Of a stretch of DNA of 64,000 nucleotides, positions 62,552 through 64,000 are shown piece by piece (position 1 is the first letter of the stretch; every line of letters starts with the position of its first letter). The stretch lies in assembly GCA_001662655.1 (NCBI GenBank), contig KV460237.1; one strand, written 5' to 3'. Both the position numbers and the translations under genes were made by a program. Below the pieces are notes generated by a model. It was not told where the DNA came from. It did not search any database and saw only the letters and a program-made list of their open reading frames with translations. The DNA is from Pseudogymnoascus verrucosus (lineage: Eukaryota).

Positions 62552-63055
62552 TAGATGGTCGGTTTAACAGGTTTTATTAGATATTTCCAGGATACGGGGG
62601 GGATCTACACACGGTGTAATTCTCCGGTGGCCTAAAATATCCCTTCTGGCAAAACGGAAGCTAGTATATGGCGTAGTAATACATACAGTGATCAATTGAG
62701 TTATTCTATCCATTCAAATGGGCCTACGCAGTGGTTTATAGGCTTTGAAGAGTCTGCTATGACCCCCGAAACCACTGAGTAGTCTACTGTTTCCAGTGCA
62801 GAGCCTCTACTAGCCCTAGTGAGTACCACGGGGAGAGCTGGCCCTACGGTGAGGATTACCAGCTTTTCAGGGCCAAAAACCCGGAATCTCCCAGAGCTCG
62901 GCCCGGTTTCCCAACGGGTTTGGCATTATCAGTATTATTATTTACGGCAGTTACATCACCGAAGAAGGTACTGTCACTTCGCGCGGACTCTGGACGCGAA
63001 TAGTTCAGCGGCAATAAGCTAGACATGTATGCATGAGACCCGCAGCCCTGGTCAT

Positions 63056-64000
63056 TCAGCAACGTGTGTCCCTCATCCCGACCAACCAACTTAACACATC
63101 AACACATAGCATCGCTATCTCACATTTGACATTCTTTCCCAGTCCACTGTTCCTACCCTGTGTCCCGCTCATCCACAGCTTCAGAGCACCTGCAACGTTC
63201 TCTAATGCTCCCCTAGTCTCATTTTCGAGAGCATTATCCCGAAATGCTGTGTCTAACCAGTTGTATGCAGCCGTGAAACCAAGGAGGCCAAAATCATTGT
63301 CATATATGTGAATGTTTCTGATTAAGGCGATTGCTTCTTTCTTATATTGCGCACGCTTCAGGAGCGCAACAGCCATGGCATATTGCAAAGCTAGGCGAAG
63401 CTCAGGATGAGTCTCTGAATTTATAGAACTGGATAAAATAGCATCAGCCATTGTTGGAACGCAAGTGCCGGATTTCGACAGCGGCGGTAGAACTTGAAGA
63501 GCGGCAGCAATATTAGCACCCCGATGCTCGTTTAGTAGTACTGCGCAAGCAACAACACTGTAGCCTTGAACTAAAGACCCAGTGGGGGAAATCTTTAGGG
63601 CGAGATCAAGATCATGTTGGAAGTCAGCATTGCTGTCCGCAAGGCCAGTTCTCGACCGGAGAAAGTTGACTAGCGCTTTGTGAAGTTTAACACATGAGCA
63701 CCACGCAGAAAGAGCATCTAACGGAGAACCTATAGCAGTGTCATTGATGACAGTGTTCATGCCATCAGTGCAATCGGATACCTTGTTGTCGGTTGGCCTA
63801 TCCCAAGCAAGATTGTGTGCCCGTTGCACCACTCTGTGCTGCATGACGGTGTCAATGTCGAGATCTAGTAAATTAGCCAAATAATCTGGCAGCGCGTCCG
63901 ATCTAGATGTGTCGTTTAATGGCAGTGATAAGCTGATTCGGTTATGGAGCTTCCTCGCTTTCACCCACTGATATCTTGCGAACTTCATAGCAAAGGTCCT
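63056..64000 (-). CDS. SREBP (Sre1/SrbA-like) C-terminal regulatory domain (DUF2014-like); 5' part lies outside the window
   Basis: LPDYLANLLDLD..VVQRAHNLAWDRPT..MNTVINDTAIGSPLDALSAW..LDLALKISP matches my recollection of the Pezizomycotina SREBP C-terminus. The bHLH domain is not in the window. Confidence 0.8.
   Translation of the reverse strand, partial: RTFAMKFARYQWVKARKLHNRISLSLPLNDTSRSDALPDYLANLLDLDIDTVMQHRVVQRAHNLAWDRPTDNKVSDCTDGMNTVINDTAIGSPLDALSAWCSCVKLHKALVNFLRSRTGLADSNADFQHDLDLALKISPTGSLVQGYSVVACAVLLNEHRGANIAAALQVLPPLSKSGTCVPTMADAILSSSINSETHPELRLALQYAMAVALLKRAQYKKEAIALIRNIHIYDNDFGLLGFTAAYNWLDTAFRDNALENETRGALENVAGALKLWMSGTQGRNSGLGKNVKCEIAMLCVDVLSWLVGMRDTRC

Overview
Eukaryotic, intron-containing DNA from a filamentous ascomycete. 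GT..CTAAC..AG introns and a dispersed 5S rRNA support this; a Leotiomycete such as Pseudogymnoascus is my inference only. The housekeeping genes are NPT1, a type II NADH dehydrogenase, a metaxin/SAM37-like protein, a DUF676 lipase, an RBR E3 ligase, PSY2/PP4R3, ALG5, ERG1 and a PPR protein. Accessory-looking blocks are interleaved: a HeLo-like/NACHT/ankyrin NLR, a Fic protein, RidA, a sugar porter + GH88 + Zn2Cys6 cluster, a RIP-like relic, a DAO-family oxidoreductase, and an adjacent SCAP + SREBP pair at the right edge. Four observations stand out. (1) A ~9 kb apparently gene-free interval centres on a 27-codon micro-ORF carrying an exact RPLPPLP SH3-ligand motif; its ATG is the first after ~565 ATG-free nt. 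(2) SREBP and a divergent SCAP lie in tandem, with an E-box and a 14-bp hairpin just upstream of SCAP. (3) A FICD-like Fic gene has a mitochondrial-type leader interrupted by an in-frame TAG at codon 13. (4) The NLR ankyrin array is split by one in-frame TAG ahead of near-identical 102-bp repeats. All family calls come from motif recognition by eye; no database search was run.
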